Below are positions 37,341 through 51,059 of a stretch of 64,000 bases of DNA, piece after piece. Origin of the DNA: Octopus sinensis (taxonomy: Eukaryota); NCBI RefSeq assembly GCF_006345805.1, contig NC_043008.1:79360001-79424000 (forward strand). The letters are read 5' to 3'. The notes under the pieces were generated by a model. It saw nothing but the letters and a program-made list of their open reading frames with translations. It ran no database searches and had not been told where the DNA came from. Each line of letters begins with the position of its first letter. Position 1 is the stretch's first letter. The translations under genes were made by a program, and so were the position numbers.

Positions 37341-37768
37341 TGATTTTCCAGGCATTATTGTTATAAGATAATTAATAATGTTCAATTAATAATTTAGGAT
37401 TTTACCTTATAAAATACTGGGTAGGGGGATACATTGGCTGCTATTTTTAGCATATCGAGCTACCAGGTAGAGGCTCTCTCATTGGTTAGATTGCATGATG
37501 AGATTTTTTTACATGTATATGTATATATGCATATATATCATTGGTAGAAGTTAGAGAGTAAGTCAAAACATGAGAGTTTCATGTATTGGCACATATCAAA
37601 CATGAATTTGTCCATTGTCACTTTGTAACTTGTGATGAAAAATCTTCTAAAATACAAAACTTTGTCAAAAAACATTAAAAGTAAACCCTGTTGTATGTGA
37701 CACATTTTACCAGTATTGAAAGTTTCAAAGTGTTTAGTTAAAAAAAATTAATTAAATAATCTGTCCGT

Positions 37769-40700
37769 AAGTTCCTATTCTCTTCCATTCCGGGGTTGCT
37801 TCCCATGAAGACTGCAAATGCTCTCACCATCCATACCCCTCCCTACCCCTAGTCTCGACCTATGTAAGGTAATGTTCATACAGTGCAAAATATGAAAGGC
37901 TAGCGTTATGCAGGTTGTACTGAAGGCTACTTTACTACTTCATTTCTTGCACATGAATTCTGCCAAATGCGAGCTTTCTTTTCAGGTACACGAAGCTACT
38001 GTCCACCGTCCCAGGGTCTCTAGAGCCCATGCCTTCCACACCCTCAACGTTGGCACTCTGAAAGGTAGGTCTGGTGAGATAGTCGAGATGCTTGAACGGA
38101 GATGTGTGGATATATGTTGCATGCAAGAAATAAGGTGGAGAGGAGGATCAGCTAGGTTCCTCACAGGCAAGGAACGCAGGTACAAGATTTTCTGGGCAGG
38201 GAACACTGACGGGGTTGGTGGCGTGGGTATACTTATCGCTGAGAAATGGGTAGATAAAGTAATTGAGGTAATCAGAGTAAGTGACAGAATACTTAAGATT
38301 AGATTAGTGCTTCATCATAGTTTACCAACCATTATATCAGCCTATGCTCCTCAGTCGGTGCTACCCGATGGACAGAAAGACCGATTCTATGACACTCTAC
38401 TGCAGACTACCTCATTGACGAACGACAGAGACCTTATCTTTGTGGCTGGTGACTTCAATGGTCACGTTGGACGACATGCTGGGGGCTTCCATGGCGTACA
38501 TGGAGGCTATGGCTATGGCTCCCGCAACGAGGAGGGAACCAGGCTGCTGGAGTTCTGCGATGCAAATAATCTTATGATTTGCAACACTAACTTCAGGAAA
38601 CCTACCAGCCACCTAGTCACTTACCAATCGGGCCAACATACCAGCCAAATTGACTACATCCTTACAAGGCAAAGGGAGAGATGGCTGCTTATAAATGCCA
38701 AAACCTTCCCGGGTGAAGAATGTACCCCACAACATAGACTGGTAGTTAGTGACTTTAGGATCAGGACTAGGAGGACAACCAGAAGACAACAAATATGGAG
38801 AAGAAGGATCTGGAAGCTTAAAGATCCTGCAAATGGACAGAGATTTAGGGACATATTACTTGAAGCCTCTGACGAAGTAGAAGGGGATAGAGCATCACAG
38901 GGGGTAGAAGACAGCTGGACGTTTCTAAGGGACAACCTGCTGAGAGCCACTGACCAGATCTGTGGCTGGTGCAAAGTCCCCTCTCGACCTAGAATAACGT
39001 AGTGGTGGAACAATATTGTAGACAGGGCTATTAGAGAAAAGAGACAGGCTTGGAAGGTCTGGAAAAATGGGGGTAGCAGGGAATTGTATCAGACTGCCAA
39101 AAGAGAAGCTAGGAGACAGGTTTATTTAGCCAGAGGGGAAGCAGATAAGAAAAATTTGCCAATGTTCTGCACCGTGAGGACCAAAGACTGGAGGTGTTTC
39201 GTGTTGCAAGACAGTGTGTGAGAGAGAATCGTGATGTGGTAGGAGAGAAGTGTGTTCGCATGGAAGATGGTTCACTTGCGCTAAATGAGGATGCGAAGAG
39301 AGAGGTTTGGAGATGCCACTATGAAAGGTTGCTGAATGAAGAAAATGAATGGGATAAAGAGAGTCTGCCGAATGTTGACCCAACAGAGGGACCAGCTATC
39401 CGAGTTGATAGTTCTGTGGTAGCTAAGGCAATTAGAAGCATGAAGACAGGGAAAGCCCCAGGCCCATCAGGAATCACTGCAGAGATGCTCAAAATGTCTG
39501 GTAGTGTCGGCTATAGCCTAGTCACCCATATAGTTAATCAGGTGATACACAAAGGGGTCATACCCAATGACTGGTGTAGCAGTATAATAGTCAACTGCTA
39601 CAAAGGTAAAGGTGATGCCCTAGATACAAATAACTACAGAGGTATCAAGCTGTTGGACCAGGTGATGAAGGTTACGGAGAGGGTCATAGCCCAACTAATT
39701 AGAGAGAGAGTTAGTTTAGATGAGATGCAGTTTGGGTTTGTGCCAGGGAAAAGTACTACTGATGCTATATTCCTGGTAAGACAGCTGCAGGAGAAATACC
39801 TAGCCAAAGATAAGCCCCTGTACCTGGCTTTTGTTGACATGGAGAAAGCCTTCGACAGGGTCCCCCGATCCCTTATCTGGTGGGCAATGAGAAAACTAGG
39901 GATAGATGAATGGTTAGTGAGAGCTGTGCGGGCCATGTATAGGGACGCCGCTAGTAGGGTGAGGGTTGGAAATGAGTACAGTGAAGAATTCCGGGTAGAG
40001 GTAGGGGTCCACCAAGGCTCAGTACTCAGCCCCCTCCTATTTATCATAGTCCTCCAGGCAATAACGGAGGAATTCAAGACAGGATGCCCTTGGGAGCTCC
40101 TCTATGCTGATGACCTTGCTCTAATTGCTGAGTCGCTATCAGAACTGGAGGAGAAGTTTCAGGTGTGGAAACAAGGATTAGAATCGAAGGGCCTCAGAGT
40201 CAATCTAGCTAAAACCAAAGTAAGTCGTAATCAGTAGGAAGGTAGACAAATCACAAACACCTTCAGGTAGATGGCCCTGCTCGATCTGTAGAAAAGGTGT
40301 AGGTAGAAACTCTATAAGATGCACCAAGTGTAAGCTATGGACACATAAGAGATGCAGCAATGTCAAAGGAAGGCTAACTAGGAAGATGGTTTTTGTATGT
40401 GGCAGATGCTCAGGAACAATAAACACTGAAAATGCTCTGAGACCAACTTCCGTCACTTTCCAGGGAGAAAAACTAGAAATAGTTGATAGTTTCCGTTACC
40501 TAGGTGACCAAGTCAGCAGCGGGGGCGGGTGTGCTGAAAGTGTAACTGCTAGAGTAAGAATAGCTTGGGCAAAGTTCAGAGAGCTCTTACCTCTGCTGGT
40601 GACAAAAGGCCTCTCGCACAGAGTGAAAGGCAGACTGTATGATGCGTGTGTACGAACAGCCATGCTACATGGCAGTGAAACATGGGCCGTGACTGCTGAG

Positions 40701-41648
40701 GATATGCGTAAGCTCGCTAGAAATGAAGCCAGTATGCTCCGATGGATGTGTAATGCCGGTACTCACACTCGGCAGAGTGTAAGTACCTTGAGAGAAAAGC
40801 TGGACCTAAGAAGCATCAGTTGTGGTGTGCAAGAGAGACGTTTGCGCTGGTATGGTCATGTGGCGAGAATGGATGAAGATAGTTGTGTGAAAAAGTGCCA
40901 CACCCTAGCGGTTGAGGGAACCTGTGGAAGAGGCAGACCCAGGAAAACCTGGGACGAGGTGGTGAAGCACGACCTTCGAACTTTAGGTCTCACTGAGGAA
41001 ATGACTAGAGACCGAGACCTCTGGAAGTGTGCTGTGCGCGAGAAGACCCGGCAGGACAAGTGAGTCCACAACCCATGGCCTTCTACATGGGATGGAGCCA
41101 GCCTACGTATGCATACCTTCCCTTCTTGGGACACAAAACTCTACTTGTGAAGACGTGTTGAGGCAAGTGAGGATCAGAATCGAAATCGATCAATGGAAAT
41201 TGCGGATGTGCTACCAGTGCCGGTGGCATGTCGAAACTCTGCTTGTGAAGACCCATTGAGGCAAGTGAGGATCAGAATCGAAATCGATCAATGGAAATTG
41301 CAGATGTGTTACCAGTGCCGGTGGCATGTAAGAGAACTTTCCGTTTCGCGACCGTTGCCAGCACCGCCCCGTTTCGTGTCCGTTGCCAGCCTCGCCTGGC
41401 CCTCGTGCCAGTGGCACATAAAAAGCACCATCCGTTCGTGGCCGTTTGCCAGCTCTGTCTGGCACCAGTGCGGGTGGCACGTAAAAAGCACCCACTACAC
41501 TCACGGAGTGGTTGGCGTTAGGAAGGGCATCCAGCCGTAGAAACACTGCCAGATTTGACTGGGCCTGATGAAGCCTTCTGGCTTCACAGACCCCAGTAGA
41601 ACCGTCCAACCCATGCTAGCATGGAAAACGGACGCTAAATGATGATGA
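37769..41648 (+). mobile_element. Near full-length RTE LINE (APE, RT, PHD-like finger, thumb) with about three lesions
   Basis: APE at 37908-39002 (TLNV.TL, CMQE, GDFNGH, QIDY, QHRL), RT with LLYADD at 39194-40237, a TAG at 39000, frameshifts near 39145 and 40225, and a (GAT)n tail. Confidence 0.95.
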
Positions 41649-42226
41649 TAAAAAGCAAAGTCAACCTTGGCAGAATTTGAACTCAAAATATGAACAGAGG
41701 TAAACTACCGCTAATCATTGGTGCCCACCATGCTAACGTTTCTGCCAGCTCTCCACCTTAGAAAATAAATATTCATTTTAGCAATATATTCTTTAATAAA
41801 TATTCTTATTGATAAGCGTTCCTTCCTTAATCGCTTACACAAAATTTTGTGGTGTTTCACCCCATAACTTTTCCTCTACTAATTTTTGTTCAATATGACT
41901 AATGACTCTAAATTCCTCATACATTTTTCTATCATTTAAGCATAAGAAAAGTATACTTTTACTTTAAAATTAATAAGTTTATGTTAATTTATGGTGAATA
42001 GGTGCCTTACTTCCCCCCTTGAGGTCGCAGATATTTTGATGTAACTTTTTTTTACTGAACCAAATCTTAAACTATTTATGCCAAAGTGTAGCTGAGAAGG
42101 TGTGCTCTTTAAAACTAATAGTTTGTAATTTAGTTGAGAACTGAATTAGTAGCGAAGCTTGGAAGCTGCTGCAATTGACGAAATGGTGGACTTAAGAATA
42201 TATTCAACCACTACCGTGGTTGAATG

Positions 42227-42261
<35 letters not shown>

Positions 42262-42355
42262 TACATACATACATATATATAATACAAAATGAGATAACAA
42301 AGCCAAGGTTGTGAGAAGTTTTCAGGACAATTATAAGGTAAAAGATATAGATATA

Positions 42356-42403
42356 GTCTTACAGCTGTTTCTGGGATATTATGGATATCCCTTTATCAGA
42401 GAC
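42356..42403 (-). ncRNA. Minimal hammerhead relic (G8A)
   Basis: GTCT-CTGATAA-A-GGGATAT-CCATA-ATATCCC-A-GAAA-CAGCTG-TA-AGAC; all three stems are intact. Confidence 0.65.
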
Positions 42404-43534
42404 GATGTGAGATGGTTAAATAGAGGTAAATATTTGAATTCAAAATAAGGAATTATTATGGAAAAGGAGGAGATAGGGAATATAGAGGGAAATAAGAGAA
42501 TGAAAGTAGAAATAAAATATAAAATATATCAAGATATTGTAGTTGCAGTTCCATTATTTGTGGAAAATGGTGTATAGAAGTGGTAAAAAAAGTTTCATTT
42601 ACATGGTATGTGAGTTCCAATAGTAGTTCATGTTCAGTCATTTCAAAGTATGGGGCCATGGATTCTGTGTTGCTCATTTGAAAGGGTCTTGTGGTGTAGA
42701 TGAAAATTTGAGAATGCATCGGTAGCATTTGTGGATAGATGGCAGGGGAGATGTGTATGATTAGAATGAGGAGATAGGTCAAAATGAAAGCAGGAAGAGA
42801 AATTGGGAGGAAGAAAGAGAGAAAAAAGTGAAAGAGGGAAAAAAGTGAATAAAGGGTGAAAGAATTAAGAAGAGGAGTGTTAGTTGGTGGTCAAGATAAT
42901 GTGAGGGGAGGGTGGGAGAGGAGTGGGGAGGAGTAGGAAGAAGGTAAGGAATGAATAAGTGTGAGATAAGTGAGGAGGGATGATATTATAGAGCTGCATC
43001 AAGGGATGGATAGAGAAAAGGTATGGGTGGGGTGATACCAAAGTGAGTAGTAGTTTTAGCAGTAAAATTTAAAGGGAAAGGAAGAATACAAGGATGTCAA
43101 ATTTCTATAAATAGATGTAATTATGTAGGTTAGTGTGATAGGTAGAAATCAGAGAGGAGGAAAGATGGTATAATAACATACATACGTGCACACACACATA
43201 CATATACATGTGCTTATATGCATACATACAAATACACATACATATATATATACATACACATACACATATATATATACATGCACACACATACATGCAGGCA
43301 CACATGCATTTACACAGTCACACGCACGCATACAGGTACATACTTATAAATATATATACATACACACACTCATATACTTGTATATACATAGGCACGTACG
43401 TACACACACACATATATATTTGTATGTATGTATGTATGTGTGTATGTATGTATGTAAGTATATATGTATGTATGTATAGATAAAACTTACTTGGAAAAGA
43501 ATGCGTGGTATTCAATCATGTAATAATGTAAATA

Positions 43535-43568
<34 letters not shown>

Positions 43569-44128
43569 TATATATATATATATGTATATATATATGTATA
43601 TATGCATCAGCATGGCTGCAGCTCTGAGCTGAAATAGAGAGAAAAAAAACACATACATATACGTACATACATGTATACATATGCATATGTGGGCACAGAA
43701 CGTTACAAAACATACACAACAAATAATACAAAGTACGAGGACATGGAATAAGGGCTTTTTTAGCAAGCAATGAAAGAAACAAATGGAAAACAAGACAAGT
43801 AACACAAGGAACGACCCTTCATCAGTTGTCGGCTGTTTTTCTAATCTGTATTTCAAGTAATTCACATCAAGATACGCCTTCAATAAAACAGTTGCTCGTG
43901 CAAAGCAAATTAAATAAAATTTGCAATCTTGCAGAGGGTCAAGATGGCGGCAAAAACAAGACAGTGAAAACAAACAGGAACAGCTGCTAAGCCTAAATGA
44001 GGTTGTGGTGGTGAACACGAATAAACAAGCCTGGACAAGACACAGAGAACAATACGTCTTCCTTGACGAGGAAGAAAGGAAGAAACACAAGTTAGGAGAA
44101 TAGCCAGTGGTCATGTGGGGGAAGTAAA

Positions 44129-44614
44129 GCTTATCAATAAGAATATTTATTAAAGAATATATTGCTAAAATAAATGCATATGTTCTAAGCTGGCAGAAAC
44201 GTTAGCATGGCGGGTGAAATGATAAGTGGTATTTTGCCTCTGTTCATGTTTTGAGTTCAAATTCTGCCACGGTCGACTTTGCTTTTTATTCATTTAGAAT
44301 CTATTCAATTTGACGGACAGATTATTTAATTAATTTTTTTTTAACTAAACACTTTGAAACTTCCAATACTGGTACAATACTGGTACATGGTTTACTCTTA
44401 ATGTTTTCGACATAATTTTGTATTTTAGAAGTTATTTCGTCACAAGTTACAGAGTGACAATGGACAAATTCATGTTTGATATGTGCCAATACACAAAACT
44501 CTCATGCTTTGACTTACTCTCTAACTTCTACCAATGATATATATGCATATTATACATATATGTGTAAAAAAATCTCATCACACAATCAAACCAACGAAAG
44601 AGCCTCTACCTGGT
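44129..44614. repeat. Right arm of a composite inverted duplication (left arm is 37462-37768 plus 41650-41817)
   Basis: Reverse-complement match that includes shared SINE/flank junctions. Confidence 0.8.
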
Positions 44615-45235
44615 CAATCTCTATTCAAAGTATGATCCATGCTCATTTATGACATTTACCCAATGTTTCTCTATGTCATATATTCCATCTTTTAAAAAAA
44701 TTCATCTTTTATTGTGATAAACTGTCCGAATGCTTCATTTACCTCTTCTCTATTTAAAAATGCTTTGTTGCTTATGAAAAGCTCAAAATACTTAAATAAG
44801 TGGTGATCAGTAGGAGAGATATCAGGGGAATAGGGAGGATGTTGCAAAATCTCATAATTCAGGCTTTGCAACTTTTAGACCATAGCTTGAGGAGTGTGAG
44901 TACGTGCATTATCATGGAGTAAAATTGGGCAATCTCTATTCACTAGTCTGGGTTGCTTATTTTTCAAATTCTCATGCATACAATCAATTTCCTTGTTGCA
45001 AAAATGACTATTGAATAATTCCCTTTGCAGATCACCATACAGTGACCACTAACTTTTAAGGATGCAGTGGTGGGTTTGGGTAGTGCTGTTGTCAAAGAGT
45101 ATCTATTTCTCATTACAAGTAATGATTTGATGCAAAAATGGTCTTTTTCCAGCCAAGAAAGCAATAAAGAGCACACTTCAAGGCGTCTGTTTTTATTAGT
45201 CTCATTCAGTTGATGTGGAACAAACATATGTAAAA
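44615..45235 (-). mobile_element. mariner fragment, same subfamily as 57795-58970
   Basis: VPHQLNETNKNRRLEVCSLL, LHDNART and HPPYSPDISP. Confidence 0.85.
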
Positions 45236-45579
45236 GCCTGACTAGTTTATTTTATGCGCAACTCCATTGTCTCCCGAGACAAAAAGGATGCCAACAACAA
45301 TATATATGGATTTCGTAGACAGGAACTGAAACAAATCAATAATATATATATATGTATATATGTAAGTCTATGTGTGTGTTTTGTGTTTCTCCCTCATCAC
45401 TGCTTCACAACCGCTGTTCATTTATTTACATCCACATAACTTACTGATTTCACAAGAACAAATAGAATAAGTACCAGGCTTATCAACATAAAAAAAGCAC
45501 TAGGCTGTGTCTCATATTTTTGTTTGCCCACTAAGTTGTATCTATCAATTTATCTTTGTATGTGTGTGTGTATATATAT

Positions 45580-45588
45580 ATCTATATC

Positions 45589-45649
<61 letters not shown>

Positions 45650-46963
45650 CGCCCTAATGGGAGCCTTAACTCCCAAATTTTAGTAATTTCTTTTATGATC
45701 CAAAACTAAGTCAAAAGTACTGAATGGATCTTTATGAAATTTGGAAATTATATTCTATGCATAAGGGTCATATCCCCCATGACAATTCATATATTTTTGC
45801 TGTTGATGAAATTTTAACCATAGATATTAGACACAAATGAAGTAATATTTATAAAATTTTATCTTCTTACAAGTTAGAAAGATCCCCTCCATGGAGACTT
45901 AACACCCACAATTTTGTCATTTTATCTAAGCAAAAACGAATACAGTTGTGTTCTTGGAAGCTGTAGGGTTACCCAAGCATAAAAGTTGAGCATTATTTGT
46001 AATTCAATGGTACAACAGTGTAACAGTTTGCTTTGACATACATTTACATTGTGATTTCTGCAATGTGGTGCATAAATTGTCAAGAAAATGAGAGGCATCT
46101 TTGCCTCCACTGATTCAGTTGCAAAGTGTTGAGTAAAGTTATTTGATTGCAGACCTCCTTTCAGTCTTTTTATTATCACTGGGTCACACATAGTTCCCAG
46201 ATGGTAACGTTGATTTCAAGGCATTCCCAGATGACTGACTGGTTATTCAAAGACATTTATAGATTGTAAATTTATTCTGTCCAGTTACGTATCAGTATAG
46301 TGGTCATTTGCAAACTCCAGAGGTGACACTTTAATTTCTCCTTAGCCCTCACGTCACACAGTTGTTAATGCTGATTTCAGTTGGGTCACACCCTTCCAAT
46401 TGCTATAGATTCATAATGAATCTTACAGCTGTGCCTGTCACCTGGATGGTGAGGAATCCTACATTGGGAGTGGTACCAACTAGGGTAGGGTAACTGACTG
46501 CTCATTATGATCATTTGTCTTTTGGTTTCCTGTAGCTTTGCTCTCTTTTACAAACCCAGTGAACATATATTTCCCATTTCAAAGAAATTCAAACAATAGA
46601 TATAAGACCCAAGTTAAAAAGATTCTCAACAATTCAACTTCTCTCGACATTAAGATGCCCACCCCCAACAGGGGCCTTAACTCTCACATGTTAGAGCTCC
46701 ATGACCTTCATTTTTCGGTAGCAAAATCTTTTTAACAGGTTCAATAAGACTGGAATTTTGGAATATGCACATAAAAATCAGTAGTATGGGATACATGTGG
46801 CACGATTACAATTTTTTTAGGGTGTGTAAAGAGGGAAATAACCCTCATCTGCAATTTTGATGAAATTCAAAACATAGATATTCCAGTTCATTACAGAAAA
46901 TATAACAGAAAAGTCTAATTCTTCAATTGAATGTAACCAGGCAACGCCGGGTATCTCTCCTAG
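45580..46963 (+). mobile_element. Probable non-autonomous Helitron
   Basis: 3' hairpin CCAGGC-AAC-GCCGGG (46937-46951) then CTAG (46960-46963) and T; a TC(TA)n start is plausible but the 5' end is uncertain. Confidence 0.55.
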
Positions 46964-47444
46964 TATAATATATATTGTGACAATATTCTAATGATTACAA
47001 AACCTAGTGTGATTATTTTTTGGAAAGTGTCTTTGATAATCCTTTTGTGTAACTTGTCTATATCTTTAAAGAAGTGATTGTGTATCATTCTAAACTCCAG
47101 TTCTAATCAATTATAAATACGATGACAACTTCATTTCTTAAATGCTTTATTTGATGAGCATTTCAGCTAATTTTTGCATAGTGTTATAGTTCTTCAGTAA
47201 TGCTATGTCAAATATTAAAATAAGTGTTACTTGCCATATCAGGTAACTCTGGAAGAATACTTTTGTCACCATGGGTTATATCAGGAAATATGGCATACAT
47301 ACAATAATTATAATTTAACCTTTATCAAATTTCTTGGTGCTTACACAAAATTATGAAATGCAAACTAATTTTCAAACTAAAATAATTATAACCTTTAAGT
47401 AAAATAAATTTAAACAAATTTCTCATTTGTATATCTTGTATATT

Positions 47445-48440
47445 TGTACAGAAAATAGACTCCATCAAATGCCAGTGGGGAAAACTAGTAGTTGATGGCT
47501 TCTATTACCTAGGTGACCAAGTCAGTAGTGGAGGTGGATGCTCTGAGAGTGTAGCTGCTAGAATAAGAATGGGCTGGGCAAAGTTCAGAGAGCTCCTACT
47601 TTTGTTGGTAACAAAAGGCCTCTCCCTCAGAGTGAAAGGCAGATTGTATGATACCTGTGTGCAAACAGCCATGCTACATGGCAGTGAAACATGGGCTGTG
47701 ACTGCTGAGGACATGCAAAGGCTTGAAAGAAATGAAGCTAGTATGCTTCACTGGATGTGCAATGTCAGTGTGCATGTGTGACAGAGTGTAAGCATCTTGA
47801 AATAAAAGTTGGGCATAAGAGGCATCAGGTATGGTGTGCAAGAAAGATGACTGCACTGGTATTGTCATGTGATGTGTATAGACAAAGACAGTTGTGTGAA
47901 GAAGTGCCAATCTCTAACTGTGGAGGGAACCTGTGGAAGAGGTAGACCCAGGAAGATATGGGATGAGGTGATGAAGCATTATCTTCAACAGTTGGGCTTT
48001 ATGGAGACAATGACAAGTGACCAGGACCTTTGGCAATATGTTATGCTTGAGAAGACCTATCAAGCCAAGTAAATCATAGTCATAGCTGATGCCAGTGTTG
48101 CATACCTGGCACTTGTGCCAATGTTATGTAAAAAGCACTCTTCAAACTTTGGGCCTCAAAGAGACAATGGCTTTGACTGAGACCTTTGACAATATACCAT
48201 GCTTGAGAAGACCTGTCAATCCAAGTGAGATCATACTCATGGCTGATGCCGATGCTTCATAACTGGCACGTAAAAAGTACCCACTACACTCTTGGAGTGG
48301 TTAGCGTTAGGAAGGGCATCCAGCCATAGAAACCTTGCCAAATCAGATTGGAACCTGGTGCAACTCCCCAGCTTACCAGTTTTCAGTCAAACCATCCAAC
48401 CCATGCCAGTAAGGAAAACACGTTAAATGATGATGATGAT
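47445..48440 (+). mobile_element. RTE 3' fragment
   Basis: GWAKFRELL..KGRLYDTCVQTAMLHGSETW; (GAT)n tail. Confidence 0.85.
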
Positions 48441-48479
48441 GGTCTCCTTCCATAACTGCTCTTTCATTTACTCCTTCTG

Positions 48480-50198
48480 CACTTCCTCCTCTGTCTCTAT
48501 GATTTTTTTCTCTTACTGCTTGTGTGTTTATGTGTAGGACTCTTTATTGCCTACCACCAAGCCTAGTGTGTGCATTCATCCTGTACTTTTTATGCTACCA
48601 AGGGATTCACACTTTTTGAGACTGTCCCATTTTCTCAATGTTGGTGGAATGTTCTAATACTGCAAAATGATTTTTCAGCTCAAGATAGATTTCTTTCAAG
48701 ATTTCAGCATTCTTCTTCACTTTTTCTATAGTGATTAGGCATATAATACCCTCCTTTTTTCTGCCTTTTCAATTTCGGTTGCAGTTTGCCCATGAGTAGG
48801 TAGTAGTATGATCCAAATTCTGCCCCTCTCCTAGCTTTTATGTCATACAGTGAAGACTTCCATCTGTTAATGAGACAGATGTAATTGATCTTGTTACAGT
48901 TCCTCCCTCTCAGCTAGAGCCCACCATGTCTTCTTATGAATGAATTTATGTTGGAAGAATGTGTTCCTGATACTAAGTCCATTGATGTTACAGAAGGAGA
49001 TGAAACATACTCTGTTGTTACTATGATCAGTTGCCATACCATTTAGACCAACTGTTTGCTCCAAACCCTTCCTATCTGAGCATTAAAATCTGTGAAGAGC
49101 AGGCTAGTTTTAGGAAGAGAAGATTATGTGTTGAACAGAGTATGGAATTATTGAACAGAGTATGGAATTCAACAAAAACTGTACATCAACTTCATAGATT
49201 TCAAGAAGGCTTTTGATAGTATACACAGGAAAACTGTTTGGAGAATAGCTGAGATCTATAGAATTCCTCAGAAGTTTATCAGCATCCTCAAGAGCCTATA
49301 CAAGGTCTCATGCTTGCTGCATCAGAACTGGTGGTGGCTATACAGCGTTCTTTGACATAGTGCGCTAAGGTTGCATATTATTTCCTCTACTGTTCCTACT
49401 CACAATTGATTTTGTGCTGCAAAAAGTCACAAATGACTCACATCTTGGAATCAGGTGGAATACTTCTTGTTTGACTGACCTAGATTTTGTAGATAACATT
49501 GCCCTTCTCGGCAAATCAGAACAGTCACTGCAGATGTTGACTGACAACTTGGCAAATAACGCAGCTAAAGTTGGGCTAACAATCAGCTCATAAAAGTTCA
49601 TATCAGTGAAGGAAGAAAACCCTATTAACATACAAGTACATGACACACGTGCAGATTAGGTTGCGAGGTTTGGAGAGTAGCATTTCCAACAGGGGTGACA
49701 CAGAACAAGATGTGCTGAGCAGAACCCGGAAACACCTGACAATCTAATTAGATAACTCTAAGAAGCAAGATAGCTTTGTACAATTTTTTGATTGTCCCAG
49801 TTGCCATCTATGCTGGTGAAATGTGGAAAATGACAGCAGGATTTGTTCACAAGCTAGATGTATCCCACCAGAAGTGCCTCCAAAAGTTCTTAACATCTCT
49901 TGGCAAAATAGAATAACAAATGAAGTTTTTGAGAGAATCAAGTAGAAACTACTAAGCATCACAGTGAAAGATCATTGTCTGAGGTTTCTTGGATATGTCT
50001 TTAGAATGCCATCAACAAGACACCTAAAGTTCTCCCTTGATTGAAAGCCATTAATAACATGGGAGAGGACTGTACAGAAGGATCTGTATGAAGAGGAGAT
50101 AAGTTGGGAGGATGCTGAATCTCCATCCCCTGTGGGATGGAGATCTTTTCTTGCTGCCCAATGTTCCATATGGAATAAGAGGAACTAACTAACTAACT
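48480..50198. mobile_element. BovB/RTE-type LINE with an inverted 5' segment
   Basis: Minus 48500-49020 encodes the APE C-terminus (NTFFQHK, KARRGAEFGS); plus 49040-50185 encodes RT (INFIDFKKAFDSIHR) and an (ACTA)n tail. Confidence 0.7.
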
Positions 50199-50374
50199 AT
50201 AAATGTTTTCTCAGAATTTGATTTCAACAATATGGTATATTGTTTTAGAAAATACATCTTATAGTAAATTATTATTCAATTATAAGAATTATAGATATTG
50301 CTTTTGCTGCGTCATTCAGGTTAGACTTATTTATGTAGGTTAGATTCATTTTTCTGAGTGAGGTATTGCCTTTG

Positions 50375-50870
50375 GCACTGACAGAAGCAGAATAGTTAGA
50401 GTGGTGAACAAAATTCAAGTTCAAATGTTTGTGCCTTTCATCTTTCCAGTGTTGCTAAAACAATCAGCTGAGTACTGAGGTTGATATCTGTACTTACATC
50501 ACTTCCTTCAAGTTTAATGCCTTGTACCTATGCAACAAATCATTATTTCTGCCAAGGTTGATTTTGCCTTTCATCCTTTCAGTACCAGTGAAATACTGGG
50601 GTCAATGTAATTGACTCGTCCCTTCCCCAAAAATTTCAGGCCTTGTACTTTTAGTAGAAAAGATGATTATTATTATTGTGAGAGTAATGCATGCCATCAA
50701 AGTGACACTGTGGTGCAAACATATGAAGTCCAATATACCCATCATGTCTACTTGTCTGATAAAGGTACACCAGGCACATGCATCACAACCATATGTGTGC
50801 AACGTGGTGATCTCATATCAAGATAAATATCACATGACCTTGCAAGTGGGGCCCAGTTAGAATATTCTTC
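50375..50870 (+). mobile_element. SINE-like repeat fragments
   Basis: The TTTGCCTTTCATCCTTTC..AGTACCAG module resembles 21915-22020. Confidence 0.5.
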
Positions 50871-51059
50871 TTCTTCTTCTTCTTCTTCTTCTTCTATTAT
50901 CATTATTATTATTATTATTATTATTAGTTACTACTGAACACAACAGATGCATTTTTGAAGGTGCAAAGTAAGTCTTGTTTAAAACATTAGTTTACAACCA
51001 TTTGTTACAGTTTTTTTCCTTTAAACATTGCTCCAGTTTGTTAATAGAAACACTAGGTA

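Noticed and set aside
37769-37910. HDV-like ribozyme expected at an RTE 5' end
   Set aside because: I could not assign the nested double pseudoknot by eye.
41565-41590. CTGATGAAGCC..GGCT in the RTE tail
   Set aside because: Other copies read CTGGTGCAGCC and no GAAA follows.
43819-43825. Minus-strand CTGATGAAGGG
   Set aside because: No matching stem II plus GAAA downstream.
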